Shown: positions 42,355-55,801 of the stretch, piece by piece | Position numbering within the stretch: the stretch's first letter is position 1 | How the letters are laid out: each line of letters opens with the position of its first letter | Assembly: GCF_018350175.1 (NCBI RefSeq) | Contig: NC_058368.1 | Location: forward strand, 111,540,001 to 111,604,000 | Length of the DNA stretch: 64,000 nucleotides | Source: Felis catus | Lineage: Eukaryota | Direction of reading: 5' to 3' | The notes under the pieces: model-generated | What the model was told of the DNA's origin: nothing | The model's input: the letters and a program-made list of their open reading frames with translations, nothing else | Database searches by the model: none | Position numbers and translations under genes: made by a program

Positions 42355-42555
42355 GGGGTGCCTGGGTGGCTGTCAGTGAATGTCCTACTTTGGCTCAGGT
42401 CACGATCTCGCGGTTCACAGGTTCGAGCCCCGCGTTGGCCTCTATCCTGACAGCTCAGAGCCTGGAGCCTGTTTTGGATTCTGTGTCTCTCTCTCTCTGC
42501 CCCTTCTCTGCTCACACTCTGTCTACCTGTCTTTCTCTCAAAAATAAACACTAAA
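42355..42555 (+). mobile_element. Can-SINE
   Basis: ggggtgcctgggtggct...; TSD AAAAATATGAACCCC at 42339-42353 and 42556-42570. Confidence 0.95.
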
Positions 42556-43399
42556 AAAAATATGAACCCCAAACCTCAATCCAACAAAGGGCAGTTGGTC
42601 CCTACACTGTACAGCAGGTATTTCTGTCTATGAGGTAGCAGGAACCCTACCTCCATGCCAGGTGACACGTTGGCAGCAGGTTGCTGTGTGTGTGTGTCAG
42701 AGAGAGGCCATCAGAGGCACAGGGCAGGCCCCACTGGGGGTCCCGGGGGGGGCTCTGGGCCCACGTCCGTAAACATCTCAGCTGAGGCAGGCAGGTTCTG
42801 CCTGGATTCCGTGGTCTGAGTCAGGACCCTGGGATCCTGGAGCCAAGTGGAGGGTCTTACTCTGCCCATTTGTTCCACTGGACCCAGCCCAGAGCTGCCT
42901 TGAGCCTCAGTAAACACTTCTTTCTAGATGTTTATTTTGGAGTTTAATGAAAAACAAACTGGATAATTCCTGCACCTGTACAGGGGTAAAGTTCTCAGTG
43001 CCCTTTGGCAGGCAGTCCCCTTCATCCTCACAGTGGTCCATTGAGAGTGTCCCAGACCACACGTCCCTCACCAGTCCATGCTGCCCTTCTGGCCTGTATC
43101 TGTGAACATGCTATTCCACCTGCCTGGACTGTCCTCTGTTCCCCCTCCTCCTTTGGCCTGGCTTGGATAGCACCTGCTTGGCCTTCGGGGCTCACCTGGG
43201 ATGTCTCTTCTTCTAGGGGCATTCTCTGATCCCCATTTGGTTGGGCAGGGGCCCTCCCCTGGGCTTTCCAGCGATCAGTGACCACTGTACAAAGCAAGCA
43301 CCTGGGCAGTTCTTTCCCCCTTGGTGACAAGGACTGTCTTTTCTTCACTGTTGGATCTCCAGCATGTCATAGGATCATAGTAATGAGTGGCTATAACAA

Positions 43400-43620
43400 T
43401 AATTAATGATAATAAGCACTTAGTAAATGTCAGTTCTGTGCCAGGCACTGTTCTTAGCATTTGACAGGTGTTTGCTGATTTACTTCTCACATCAGCCCTG
43501 GGAGGCAGGTGTTCCTCTTCTCTCCATTTGGTGTCTAACTGGTCCACAGTTACATAACTAGTAAGGACAGGAGCTGGGATTCCAACCCAGGCAGTTGGGA
43601 TAACCTTAACCACCATGCCG
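43400..43620 (-). mobile_element. MIR element
   Basis: tgtgccaggcactgttcttagcattt...cacagttacataactagtaaggacaggagctgggattccaacccaggcag. Confidence 0.8.
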
Positions 43621-45943
43621 GGCGACCTCCCGTGGGTAGCATCTGGAGGTGTTCGATCAGTATCTAGTCACTCAACGATAGTGAGTGGCTATCCAGATAA
43701 AGGCTGGGACTACAAGGGGAAGAGGCATGGCCAAGGTTATGTGCTGGCAGTGTGCCGCGGGGTGACTCCTGCCCACACTACACAAGTTCCTTGAGGACAG
43801 GGACTTGGACCACTTTGTCCTTTCACGTGTCACCACCTTCTGGCTTGGAGCCTGGGACATGGAAGGTGCTCATCTTTATAAATGACATCCTGTGAGACTT
43901 CTATGATCGCTTGTCAGTTACACCCCCAATCTCAGTACTGGGATGTGGGCCTCCCAAACGGGAGCCCCTGTAAATCGGTATGTGAGTTGATGGCTGTCAG
44001 ATGGCAGACAGGCAGGGGCAGTGGTGTGGGGGTCAGGGGAGGTCAAGGGAGGAGCACGGCTCCTTCTTCCGGCCTTGTGGGGTGCTTTCCTTCCGCACGG
44101 CCGAGTTCACTTTTGTCTGGGGAGCAGCGCCGTCTGGGATCTGGGATGTAGACTCCCACAGAGTCCCCCCGTGGGAAAGGAGGTGCCTGCCTCAGAACGT
44201 AAGGTTTTGGTTCTCGTGAGCTTCTCCTGGGCCTGGAGGCCCCTCCTGCCCGTGGTGAGCAAACAACGGGCGCCGCGGGTAGTGGCGGTGGCGTTGCCTT
44301 TTGTTGGGCACACCTGGCTCAAACATCTCCCGGGATGGGAGTGACTCTGTCAGTCCCTCCTCCCTGCATAGCAGCACGGAGTCAGTGCAGATATTCTCAT
44401 TTGGGCTCTGACAGCTGTGTCAGCTTCTGGCCCCACTCAGAGGCAAAAGGCACGTCGAAGATGAGGTTTAAACCTGTTGCCAGCCGCCTTCCTGCCTGTC
44501 CGAGTCCTGCCGCCCTGGCCTCTGCTGCAAATCTGTTCTGCTTGCCTGAGCGCCAAGGTCCAAGGCCCAGCTCATGAGAAGTTTCTTGATAGCCCCTAGT
44601 CACAGAGTAGGCTTCTATGTCATGCCCCCTTTTCTCCAGAGAAGTCCAGAGCCCTCTTTAAATAGGCATTGAGAAATTAGTGTCGCCAGATTATTATACC
44701 CAATGCCCTGTGGGGGGACACTGACCATGGCTAGCTTGGGTTTCTTCATCATTTGTGTTGAGGTTAGCAGCAAGCCAGAAAAAGGGTAGATCAAAGGCTG
44801 TTATTGCTGGCCCTTGAGCCTAAATTGAGAAATCCACAATTAGGCTGTTCAGTAAAATTATTTTTGATAATTCTCTTTTGTACTAGTAAGTCACGTCACC
44901 TGTGAAAAACTCAAGCTTTGCTCACCTTAGGCTTGTTATACAACAGTAATTAGAGGTATCTAGTCCTCTTTGTAAACTAGTAGCACAATGGCTGTTAAAT
45001 AAAAAAAGGGAGCTATAATTTATTTTAAGATTCAGGGATTTTGTATGTGCAAGTAGGCAGTAATTATGGAACAAATACTGTAATTATAATCACTCTGGAG
45101 AAGTGAACGAGGTGGTAACTGGCTGAGATGTATTTTCTGGTTAGAAGATAAATTATCTCAGTTCTGAGAAAACTCTGCTGAGTAGCCCTCCTGTCCCTAG
45201 ATTCTTGGGAGCTGAGTTGGAGAATGAATAAAACTTGGAAAAGCTCCATCTCTGTCTGGAGATTTGCCCAGGGATGGATGGACCTGACGCTTTTGCTGAT
45301 GAGCAGAGATGTTCCCTCAGAAGTGAGGCAGGTGAGAGGTCCAGGCTGAAAGACAGTCCTCCTGTACCCCACGAGAGAGGCAGGTGTGAAGACTGCCCCT
45401 GTCCCTTATTTTGTCCTTGGGTGTCTAGAGCTGCCCCAATTTGGAGCCTCTGATGGGATCTGTCAGACCAGATCTCCTGCCAGGGATACATGCCTGGGAC
45501 AACATGGCACTTCTTTCTTGACTCGCCTTTTGGAACATACTCTGGAACTCACAATTAGATCCTTATCCAATGTGACTGGATATGACCTATCCTTATCCAG
45601 TGATGTATTTTTCCAAGAGACGGTTTTAGCTCTCGGGTACTGCTTTCTTGAGGGCATCACCGAAGCGTCTCAGGACTTGCTAGATGTTTTGAGACCTCTC
45701 TGGATTCTTGGTAGGTGGTCTGATGCTCAAAGTTTTCCCACAGCTGGATGGCAACGCGTTCAGAAATGTTGAACATAGGCTGACATCTGACCTGTCTGGG
45801 GAACTCAGAAACAGAAGATAGGACCCCATGTTGTAATTCACGGGTCTCTTTTCTCAGCCTAGAACTGACTTCAGGATCATGTGGCCCTTTTAACAGATAC
45901 ATTGATGGGAACCAAGGTTTAAAAATTTGAGAAAAATCAGACT

Positions 45944-46134
45944 TGTTGTTGTTGTTGTTGTTAAGAGACAGCACGAGTGGGGAGAGGGGCAGAGGGATGG
46001 AGAGAGAGACTCTCAAGCAGGCTCTATGCTTAGCCCAGGGCCTCATGTGGGCTTTGATCCCACGACCCTGGGATTATGACCTGGGCCAAAATCAAGAGTC
46101 AGATGCTCAGCTGACTGAGTCACTGAGGCACCCC
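45944..46134 (-). mobile_element. Can-SINE with (TTG)n tail
   Basis: Ends gactgagtcactgaggcacccc; approximate TSD gagaaaaat(c/a)a(g/a)act. Confidence 0.9.
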
Positions 46135-49020
46135 GAGAAAAATAAAACTCTCGACAGAAGTGTGAAGTTAAAAGGATTTTGTCACCTTGATTAGGAAGCA
46201 AATCAAGCAAAAGCAAAAGGGTAAGGATAAGGGTACTAAAATGTGAGCTCCATGAGGTTAAGGATATGCCTGTTCTGTCTGCTTTGTTCATTGCTGCTTT
46301 TCTAGGCTCTGGAACAGTATATAGATCGTATAGATACTTAATAGCTAAGATCGAATCTCAAAAATAGCTGGGCTTGCTTGTGTTCCCTGGCAGAATGAGA
46401 CGTATGTCATAGATACACATTTGTGGTTAGGGCCCACCAGGTCTCCTGGAAAATACTTCTTTTTTGGGGACAGAGAAAAGACCAATCGATCTGTGCTCCA
46501 AAGGAGACCTACCCAGTTTCACTGCTCAGGAACACACAGAAGCAACAAGTGTTGATTTTTAAGGGTGTTGATTGAGCGAGAACCACATTACAGGTTTTTG
46601 TTAACACTTTCCAGCCTGTTCGGGTAGCGTTGACATTAGGCAGATTTTGTACATTAGCTACATGCCTAAATGTGTCTGTCTTTATTTATGTACATAAATA
46701 GCAAAGATCAATACACACGGAGAATTTAAGGCATAAAGTTTCTAAGTATCATAGTGGGATGTATTATATCGTTTGCTCATCTGAGCTCATGTCAAATATG
46801 TAACTAAGTAAATGTACCTCATTTTTCATGGACAGAAGTGGGCCTTGCCTGGTGTTTGTTGCTGTGGAAAATCAAAGCATTGCCTTGATCCTGATTCATT
46901 CTCCTGAATCCAGGCTATGATGGGTGCATGCAGCCAGATCCCTCTTGTCCCCTGGGTCTTGTGCTCTGAGGCTCCAAATGGGTATGTGTGTATTTTCTTT
47001 TTTAAGTGGACTTCTAGAAAAGATTTCCTGTGTGCGGGTTAAGTAACTGGCTTGGAGGGCAGCTGGTAGTTAGTTGCTGGCTGCTGATCCTGGGTTATTA
47101 GGGCCCCACTGTCCCTTGTGCCCTGGGACCAGAGTGAAGGTCCCCTTTGAGGTTTTGCTGGCGCTGGTGCTTCCTGCCAGGGTATCTCGAGCCCCTTGAC
47201 TGTCTTCTTTCTAGGGCAGATGTGCTGGCAGAGCAGTGGTTTCCGAACCCCCAAGCTTTGGTTGGGCTGATGGATCAAAATAAACACGTCACGTATCGTC
47301 TCAGTTCCTGAGGCCCCTTTCCTCTCCCTCTGAATGCTTGGGGGTTCATCATCATTAGTATGGCTATTGTGGGCCTGATCTATGTGAAAGAGGTGGCCAC
47401 AGGCCCGAAGGCCCTGTGGTGACAGACGCGGCCTGTAGCAGGCACCGCTCCCGTGGTGTGTACACAGCATGGGTTCGGGCCCAGGTGAGTCAGCGCCAGC
47501 CTGGGAAATGCACAGGCGATGATGGATGGCCACGGTGCTCGGATGCGCCCCTGACACTATTTGCACAAACAGGGAACTCAAAAGAATGGGGTTTTCATGA
47601 GCTTATGTAAGTTAGTTGGCAGTGCGCTGAGCCCCAGCTGTGTGGCATGACGGGACAGAGCTTTGCGTTCCTCTTCAGAAACAGGTGACTTTAAGAACCA
47701 GTTTGCCTATGTCAGGACTTGAAATGGTTTGCTCTGCCCTTCTGTTGTCGTTAACCCGCCCCCCCCCCCTTTTCTCTTTGCCTTTCTCTTTGTAAAAACT
47801 TTCTTTGCAAAGGGATTCTTATAACTGGGACAGTAAGGCTACTGTTGCTTCCAGAAGCCGCCCAAAGGGTTTGCTTTTCTTTGGGACTCTGACTTCCTTG
47901 AAGACGCATCAGGGAGGGGACAGCAGGTGTGTGTGGCTGAGCGCTCTGCGAGGTGGCGCGGGGAGGGGGGATGGGTGCAGTGGTAGGAGTGGGGGTTGGC
48001 TGGAAACCTACCTCCGCAGCTTCCTGGGGGCATCTCCAGATTTATGTCCTGGCTCTGTGAGAGTCAGGCATGGAATCGATGAGGAATAAGCTCATTCACA
48101 TGTATTCCACTAGTGCCTGGCACACATTAGGCCTCTCATTTGCTCCTTCTGTCAGTACTATTGTAAGGTAGGCAGGGCAGGGGTTATGGTCATGTATAAA
48201 GATAACAGTGTCAGGGAGGGGCTGTGGCCCTTGCAACGTCCCCCAGCATGACAGAGCAGGTCTGGCCTGGACCCCCGACACAGTGCATTTGGTGCCATGC
48301 TCTGCTCCCACACTGCCAGCCTGGGGCTAGCCCCCTGGGCTGCTGACCTCCTGTAGGCCCAAGGGGGCAGAAGGATAGGGACTTGAGATGGGGAGCCTGT
48401 ATTTCATGACCACATCCTAGTGTGGGTACCACCTATTGTCAAAGCTGGGGTACCATTCTTTCCCTGGGTGCTGTGGGATGTGCCGGTAGTGAGTTACATC
48501 CGATGGCACCCCATGATTGGGTGTTTTCATCACTCGAGATTATGGAAACCATTCAATGTATACAGAGGCAAGCATCTCACCCAAGCCTTTGCTCTAGCTT
48601 TATCATGTACTTATAAAAGTTTTTTTCCTTATTAAAAAGCAACATATGATTATTCTAGAAAGAAAATAAAAGGAAAAAAGTTTAATAATCTCACTATCTC
48701 GATATAAAAACCAAAATGGTGTCCAGACCACCTTTTTGTGACTGAGATTTTCCTCTTCTTGTACTGTGTGTGCATGTGGGTCTCCATGGGTATTCCCGAC
48801 CATCTGCCCTGAGGCTGTGGCTCCTGTTCACAATGGTACTTTGTGGATGGAAACATAGGTTGCTTCTTCCTTTCTTCTTCCTCCACATGGGCGAACACCC
48901 TCCTCACTGGCTTTATGCTCACATTTATTATTCATCAAATATTGGGGGAGAGCATGGCACATTTTTCTTGGGTAAATTCTTAGAAGTGGATTTTCTGGCT
49001 TAAATCATATGGGTACTTTT

Positions 49021-49180
49021 TTGTTGTTTTATTGTCTTCTTTTATTTTTTTAATTTTTAAAAATTTAATTTAATTTTTTAATTTACATCCAAGTTAGCGT
49101 ATAGTGCAACAATGATTTCAGGAGTGGATTCTTTAATGCCCCTTACCCATTCAGCCCATCCCTCTCCCACAACCTCTCTG
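49021..49180 (-). mobile_element. Very short carnivore/felid L1 3' fragment
   Basis: atttacatccaagttagcgtatagtgcaacaatgatttcaggagt..., the same terminus as the 35.3 kb L1. Confidence 0.85.
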
Positions 49181-49209
49181 TAACAGAAGTGATCATATGG
49201 GTGCTTTTA

Positions 49210-49414
49210 TTTTTTCTTTCTTTCTTTTTAATTTTTTTAACAATTTATTTATTTATTTTGAGAGAGAGTGAGAGAGAGAGAGACACAATCCCAAGCAGTC
49301 TTTGCACTGTCAGTGTGAGCCCTATGTGGAGCTCGAACTCATGAACCATTAAATCATGACCTGAGCCAAAACCAAGAGTTGAACACTTAACCACCTGAGC
49401 CACCCAGGTGCCCC
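49210..49414 (-). mobile_element. Can-SINE
   Basis: Ends ctgagccacccaggtgcccc; TSD TATGGGTGCTTTTA. Confidence 0.93.
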
Positions 49415-49996
49415 TTTATGGGTGCTTTTAAAGTTACCACATTCGTGGTTAAAGCTTAGAGTGCAGGAGGGAATATAGTGAAAACTTGAAGGCTATCAAC
49501 CTCTGCTCCCTAAAATCACCTCTCTTAACAGTTAGGGATCCTTCTACAAGTTGTGTGTGTGTACCTCTTTAATATAAACTGACTCATAACTTTGATAACA
49601 GCGTGAACAGTGATTGTTCTACTTAAGAGTGGATTCTGGGTAACTTCCCACATCCACATGACAACTTCGTGGTGGAGCTGTATCATGTTAAAAAATGACA
49701 GAGCATGCCGCTGTGAACAGCCTTACATCTTGGTTTAGTTGTGCAGGTGAAAATGCTGGGCGTGGAACCACTGAGTTGGAGAGTCATCCATTGAAAATGG
49801 TTACAGCTATTGCCAAGTCAGTGTGGGTGTTTGAATGGTCACATGTATTGCTGGTTATTTTACAGAAAGGCTCTGCTTACACTCTTACTGGCAGAGGTTG
49901 AAAATGTCTGCTTCCTGATGTCTTTTACTAACTCTGGATTATCAATTAAAAAAAATGTCTATTGATTTGGTAAAAAAAAAAGAAGGGGTTTAGTAT

Positions 49997-50212
49997 TTTT
50001 AAAAAATGTTTATTTTTTAGAGAGAGAGAGGAGAGAGAGAAACAGCACAAGAGGGGGAGAGGCAGAGAGAGAGGGAGACACGGAACCTGAAGCAGGCTCC
50101 AGGCTCTGAGCTGTTAGCACAGAACCTGATGTGGGGCTCGAACCCACGAACCGTGAGATCATGACCTGAGCCAAAGTTGGATGCTCAACCGACTGAGCCA
50201 CCCAGGCACTCC
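49997..50212 (-). mobile_element. Can-SINE
   Basis: Typical body; approximate TSD aggg(g/a)tttagtattt. Confidence 0.94.
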
Positions 50213-51421
50213 ATAGGGATTTAGTATTTGTACATTAATTTGCATTCTTGTTACTGGTATTAGGTCCTCTGTCCACTGGGACAATGCTGTGGAGCTGACA
50301 TCTGTTATTTTGTTTTTAGAGGCTGAATTCATCTACTAAGTGGGTAACTTTGGGCAGGTTACATTGAACCTAGTTTCCTTATCTGCAAAACGGGGATAAT
50401 AATATCTACCTCTCGGAGTTGTGGAGGCTTTCTGACCAGCCTTGCTGGTCTCTAGGGAGATTGCCTTATGGAGTTCAAGGAAGCTGTCCACTTCCTCATG
50501 TGTGCCTCTGGAAGGCTGTTCTGGTTAAGAACCTCTGCCTTTCTGGTAAGGGACCTGCTGGTGTTGTGTTTTGACACAACACTGTCATCCTTTGAAGTTG
50601 TGAGCTCCTCCACTCACCTCCGCACCCTCCCTGATCTCCCCTCTCCTCTGGTGCCTGAGGCCACAAAGGGAACCAGCTGTGGCTGGTTTTGAAGGAGGGC
50701 GGGCAAGCGATCTGCCCTGCTAGAACAGGTCTTTGGACCCCTCTCTGAACACCAGATAGGGATTAGTCAGGCACCTACCGGCACCAGGCACCTCGCTGAC
50801 TACTTCATGTGGCTCATTCCGATGAATTCTCCAGCGAGCATCGTTATCTTGGCTGTGGAGGTTCAGAAGTGGTTGAAGGCCTTTACCACAGTCCCATAGT
50901 GTCAGCAGCAGAGCCCAGAGCTTGCTGACTCGCTCCCAGGCCTGTAGTCATTTCATGCTGCTGAAGACAGGGGGATCCCTAGCCCATGCCTGTTAGGAGT
51001 TTGGAACCCCACCACCAGAGAAGTTCTGTTAGTCAAGATTGCAAAGGTGCTTGGGGCCTTATGCAGGCTGCCAGGGCCGGCTTCCAGGCGCCAGATAATA
51101 TTCCTACTTCACTGTAGCAGAGAATTCCTAACTGGGTTTAGGCCAGCTAGTCGCTCTCCTGGTCCCGGCCAAATGTCCCAAAGAGCCTCTAGGGAGCAGT
51201 GACATTGTGCCAGGGAGATAGAGAGTCCTGTTCCCATGGGGCCGACTGTAGGGCTAGTGCAGTTCAACATGAGTGTGGCTAAGGCTCCCAGCTCAGGAAG
51301 AGGGAGAAAGAAACACTTACAGATCCCAACTTTCTGCACTGGTCCCTTTCTAGCCTGGGTTGATTGGATCACACGTCCTTTTATATTCTCTGGGTGACAT
51401 TTTATTTCGTAAGTGAGAACA

Positions 51422-51650
51422 GGGGCGCCTGGGTGGCTCAGCCGGTTAAGCGTTTAACTTTGGCTCAGGTCATGATCTCATGGTTCGTGGGTTTGAGCCA
51501 CATGTTGGGCTCTGTACTGACAGCTCAGAGCCTGGAGCCTGCTTCGGATTCTGTGTCTCCCTCTCTCTCTGCCCCTGTCCCACTCACGCTCTGCCTCTCT
51601 CTGTCTCTCAAAAATAAATTTAAAAATGTTAAAAATTTTTTAAAAAATAA
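51422..51650 (+). mobile_element. Can-SINE
   Basis: ggggcgcctgggtggctcagccggttaagcg...; TSD aa(g/a)tgagaaca. Confidence 0.95.
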
Positions 51651-51909
51651 AAATGAGAACAAGTTTTAATTAATCATTTAAGCATTTATTTTTGTCTTAC
51701 TTCTAAATCTTTGTTTATTTTCTGCTGATTCTTGTGATAAAAAGTCCAAGTACTATAGTACATACCATATTTAGGTGCTCAATAAATATTTGAATAATAG
51801 GTGAATGTAATATAGAAAGTGTCAGTTCCCTTGGTCTATCTCCCAGAAACAACAACCATTGTTATCAGTTGGCTGAATAAAGGTTTACCATTCTTTTCTA
51901 GGTGTGTGT

Positions 51910-51948
<39 letters not shown>

Positions 51949-52479
51949 TTACTTGCATAAATGGACTCATGATACATAATGGTTTGCATTCATTTAATAA
52001 CATGTCTCGGGCATTTTTCTATATCATTAGCACACACAGTTCTCCTCTTTTCAGACATCTGCTTTGTGTTCCATTGTATGGAGAGCCTGTAATTTGTTTA
52101 GGTCCTTTATTGGTGAACATTTGGGATGTTTCCAGTTTTTCATTTTTTCAAATACTGTTTGCAAATACTGTATTTCGAAAAGCCTCTTTGAGATGGACAG
52201 AAAAATTCTGGAGCATGTAACTGTACTGGAAGTTACTGATCACCTGCTTTTCAGAAGGCTTTGCTGACCTTTGCCGCTCAGAATTCAGTCCCTTTCCTCC
52301 TGGGTCCCTCTTCCCATGACCTGCTTCTTGATCCTGTACTTGTTTTCCTGCCTGGCACGGGTGGGTTTCTTGCCTGCTAGTTTTTGTGCTTTTGATAGTG
52401 GCAAGTGCACTTTCTCTGGCTTTTCTTTCCCTTTTTTGAGGGGGGCAATTTTTTCTTTTTAATTTCCACTTGTTACCAA

Positions 52480-53710
52480 AGTTATACACTACCATGAAGA
52501 ATCAAATACTTACACAACACTTGTTTATGGAAAAGAAGCCCTCCTTCCCCCTATACAGTCATCTGTCCTCAGTTTCACTTTCCAGAATCAACCATTTTCA
52601 GTCCTTTTAACTGATCTTTTTCAGTATCCACTTCCATCATGGTACAAAATGTGTTTGTATTGCTACTTTTTAGTTTTTTATTTCTAAGCATTATCTATTG
52701 ACTTCTCACTGTGGAAAGTGAGCATCTAGCTTCTTTTTGTACGTCTTGTCCACTTGTTACACACATACACATGCACACACACACACACACACACTCTCTC
52801 TCTCATATGGTTCTCCCATGCTTCCAGGAGAGTTATAGTACATGTTTTAATGATCAGTATTCATTGTTTACATTAAATGGCCTATGTCCTATGAAACTGT
52901 ATTTTCCTTTGGCTACAGAATGTTTTGTTTTCACCACAGTTAATAAGTGCTGCTGTTATTTGCTTAATTTCCTATGCCTCTATAATGCAATTTTATTTCT
53001 ACACTACCTCCAGTTGTACAAATCTCCCTCAATGTATTCAGACACGAATATTCTACCAGGTTTATCTTCCTGAGAAAGTCTCTCCTGGAACCTTCTGACT
53101 TGCCCTGTTCTGGACTGGTTGCTCTCTCTGCTGGGTATCTAAACAAATTCTTGAGCTTTTCCTTCACCTTTATCCTGGGAATTGGCTTTACTTCTCTTCT
53201 GGGTAGGGTTTCCTGTTCCCTGTGTCCCTCACCTTCCTCCTCTTTGGTTTACCCCCTTTTTTGGCTTCATATTCTCCATGGCTTCCTGAGGAAACAAGCA
53301 TTGGAGGTGAGGTTTTTAAACCTTGTACATGTTAACAGCCTCTTAATTTTCCTGTCACACTTAAAGTGATAGTTTAGCTGGGTATGGAGTTGTAATTGGG
53401 GAGTGTTTTCCTTAAGAATTTCAAAGACATTGTCCATTGTCTTTTAGCTTTTGAAGTTGCTGTTGAGAATTCTTATGACATTTTGATTCTCCAAGTTTTG
53501 TATGAAACCTGTTGTTATTTTTTCTCTAGAGTCTTCTGGGAACTTCTTTTTGTTCTCAACAATCTGAAATTGATATTTGGTATGATTTTATCTCCTTTCA
53601 TTTGGTAGGCACTCAGTGGGCTATTCAATCTAGAGAATCATGTTCTTTAGTTTTAGGGCATGTCTTGGAATTATGTGTTTTACAATATCTTCCTATTTTA
53701 TTTTCTGTCT
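52480..53710 (-). mobile_element. Degraded ancient L1M-like sequence
   Basis: T-rich antisense L1-like text such as gtgatagtttagctgggtatggag...ttttccttaagaatttcaaagacattgtccattgtcttttagc. Boundaries uncertain. Confidence 0.55.
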
Positions 53711-53713
53711 TTC

Positions 53714-53714
<1 letters not shown>

Positions 53715-53760
<46 letters not shown>

Positions 53761-53947
53761 TATGTTTATTTCTGAGAGACAGTGCAAGCAGGGAAGGGGC
53801 AGAGAGAGATAGAGAGTGAGAAAGAGAATCCCAAGCAGGCTCTGCACTGTCAGCACAGAGCCCGACACAGGGCACGAACTCATGAACTGTGAGATCAAGA
53901 CCTGAACCAAAGTCAGATGCTCAACTGACTGAGCCCCCTGGTGCCCC
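53715..53947 (-). mobile_element. Can-SINE with (TTTA)n tail
   Basis: Ends gactgagccccctggtgcccc. Confidence 0.93.
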
Positions 53948-53974
53948 TCTGTTTTCTATCTTAAAAAAAAAAGT

Positions 53975-54350
53975 CTGACTTGGGTTGATTGCAAAAATAG
54001 CCTCTTCCTCGAATCCATATCCTTTTCCATATAACATTGTGGTCCCCTCCTTTCGGATTCTGGGGTGAGGCATGTGGCTTGCTTTTGGCCAGTGGGATGT
54101 CATAATCATGATACAAGTAAAGGTCAGAAAGTCCCTTGTGTGATGGGATTTTCTTGCCATCATCACCATGAGAAGAACATGCCCAGGTCAGCCTACCATT
54201 TCCAGGAGGAAGATGAGAAACACGTGGAGCAGAGCCAACCCCCAGCCAAGATCGCCAACTACCCCAGATGCATAGACAATACATGCTTGTTATCATATGC
54301 CACTGGGGTGTTTGAGCTGTTTATTTAGCATTGTTGTGGTAATAACTGGT
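53975..54350 (+). mobile_element. Old MLT1-type (MaLR) LTR
   Basis: gattgcaaaaatagcc...catgtggcttgcttttggccagtgggatg...caccatgagaagaacatgcccagg...tgcttgttatcatatgccactg. Confidence 0.7.
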
Positions 54351-55344
54351 GTATCTGATTATTTAGATGTTGAACCTCTTAGCATCGATTGCTCTTTCTT
54401 TTTTTCTATTTACTGTTCCTTCTAGGAGATTCTCTCAACAATATCTTTCATCCCTTTGACTGCATTTTTCATGGCCATCATCCTATTTTTAATTTCCAAG
54501 AACTCTTAGCTTCTTTGCTTGTTGTCATTGCATTGTAGCATCGTATTGGAGTTTCATGGAAGCATATAATTTGACTGCATGAACTATTATTCTTGAAAGT
54601 TTTACTCTCCTTGCTTTGTGTGTTTTCCTCCAAGTTGCTTTTTTATTCTTTTTATTTTGTCCTCTATCTTTCATATTAGAGAATCTCTTCCAATGTCTGA
54701 TAATCCTTGCCTGTTTATTCATATTCACTAAAAAGTGGGTTGAAAGCTGTGTGTGTGCTGTTCACAGAATAGCAGTCCTTTTGGGGACTCTTTTCCTAGG
54801 CCTGGCTGGGTGACCCAGAGAAGCCTCCTCCATTCTGCAGCTTTGAGGACATTCGCCAGGCTGCCAGCATTCTGAGAATCTGATGGGCAAACAAGTGAGG
54901 GGGTCTTAACATTCAGAGTGTAAACTTACCCTTAATTCCCGTTTTCAGTAAGGTATCCCTGCTCTCAACTGTGCCTGGTGTTCCCAGACCAGAGTCCTTC
55001 TGCATAACCCTTCAGAGAAAATAATCCTCCAGTCTTCTGCCAGGAAGGTGAGGGGCAGTCACCTGGCTGCAGGGAGCTGGAGAGGGATCTGTGCACCTAA
55101 GAGCTGATCACAAGGGCTTTCTGCCGGCCCTCCTGCTCCATGCCCCGCCTCTCTCTGGTCCCCGGTGCCTGTAATTCCTAAGGCTTTGTGTAATTCTCTG
55201 GTGAACATCAGGTGGCTTTTTGGCTTTCCTGACTGCTGACTTAGGATTTAGCTTGCTTAGGTCTGTTAAGTCAGCTCCTCTCATCTACGCGCTTCCTAGT
55301 TCCCCACGTTTTGTTGCTCTTGTTTCCCCTCCTATTCCTTCTTT

Positions 55345-55754
55345 CTTTTTTTAAAGTTTTTATTTTAATTTCAGTTAGTCAACATCAGGGTTGTATTAGT
55401 TTCAAGTGAATTCGACACTTTCATACATCAGGTGGTGCTCATCACAACACGGGCCCTCCTTCATCCCCATCACCGATCCACCTGTCTCCTGCTCCTACCT
55501 CCCCTCTGGTAACCATCAGTTTGTTCTCTGTAGTTAAAAGTCTGTTCCTTGGTTTATCTTTCTCTCTCTCTCTCTTATTTTTCCCCTTTGCTCATTTGTT
55601 TTGTTTCTTAAATTCCACGTATGTGAGTGAAATCATATGGTATTTGTCTTTCTCTGACTGACTTATTTCAATTATAGAATTATACTCTCTAGTTCCATCC
55701 GTGTCATTGCAAATGGCAAAATCACGTTCTTTTTTATGGCTGAATAATATTCCA

Positions 55755-55801
<47 letters not shown>

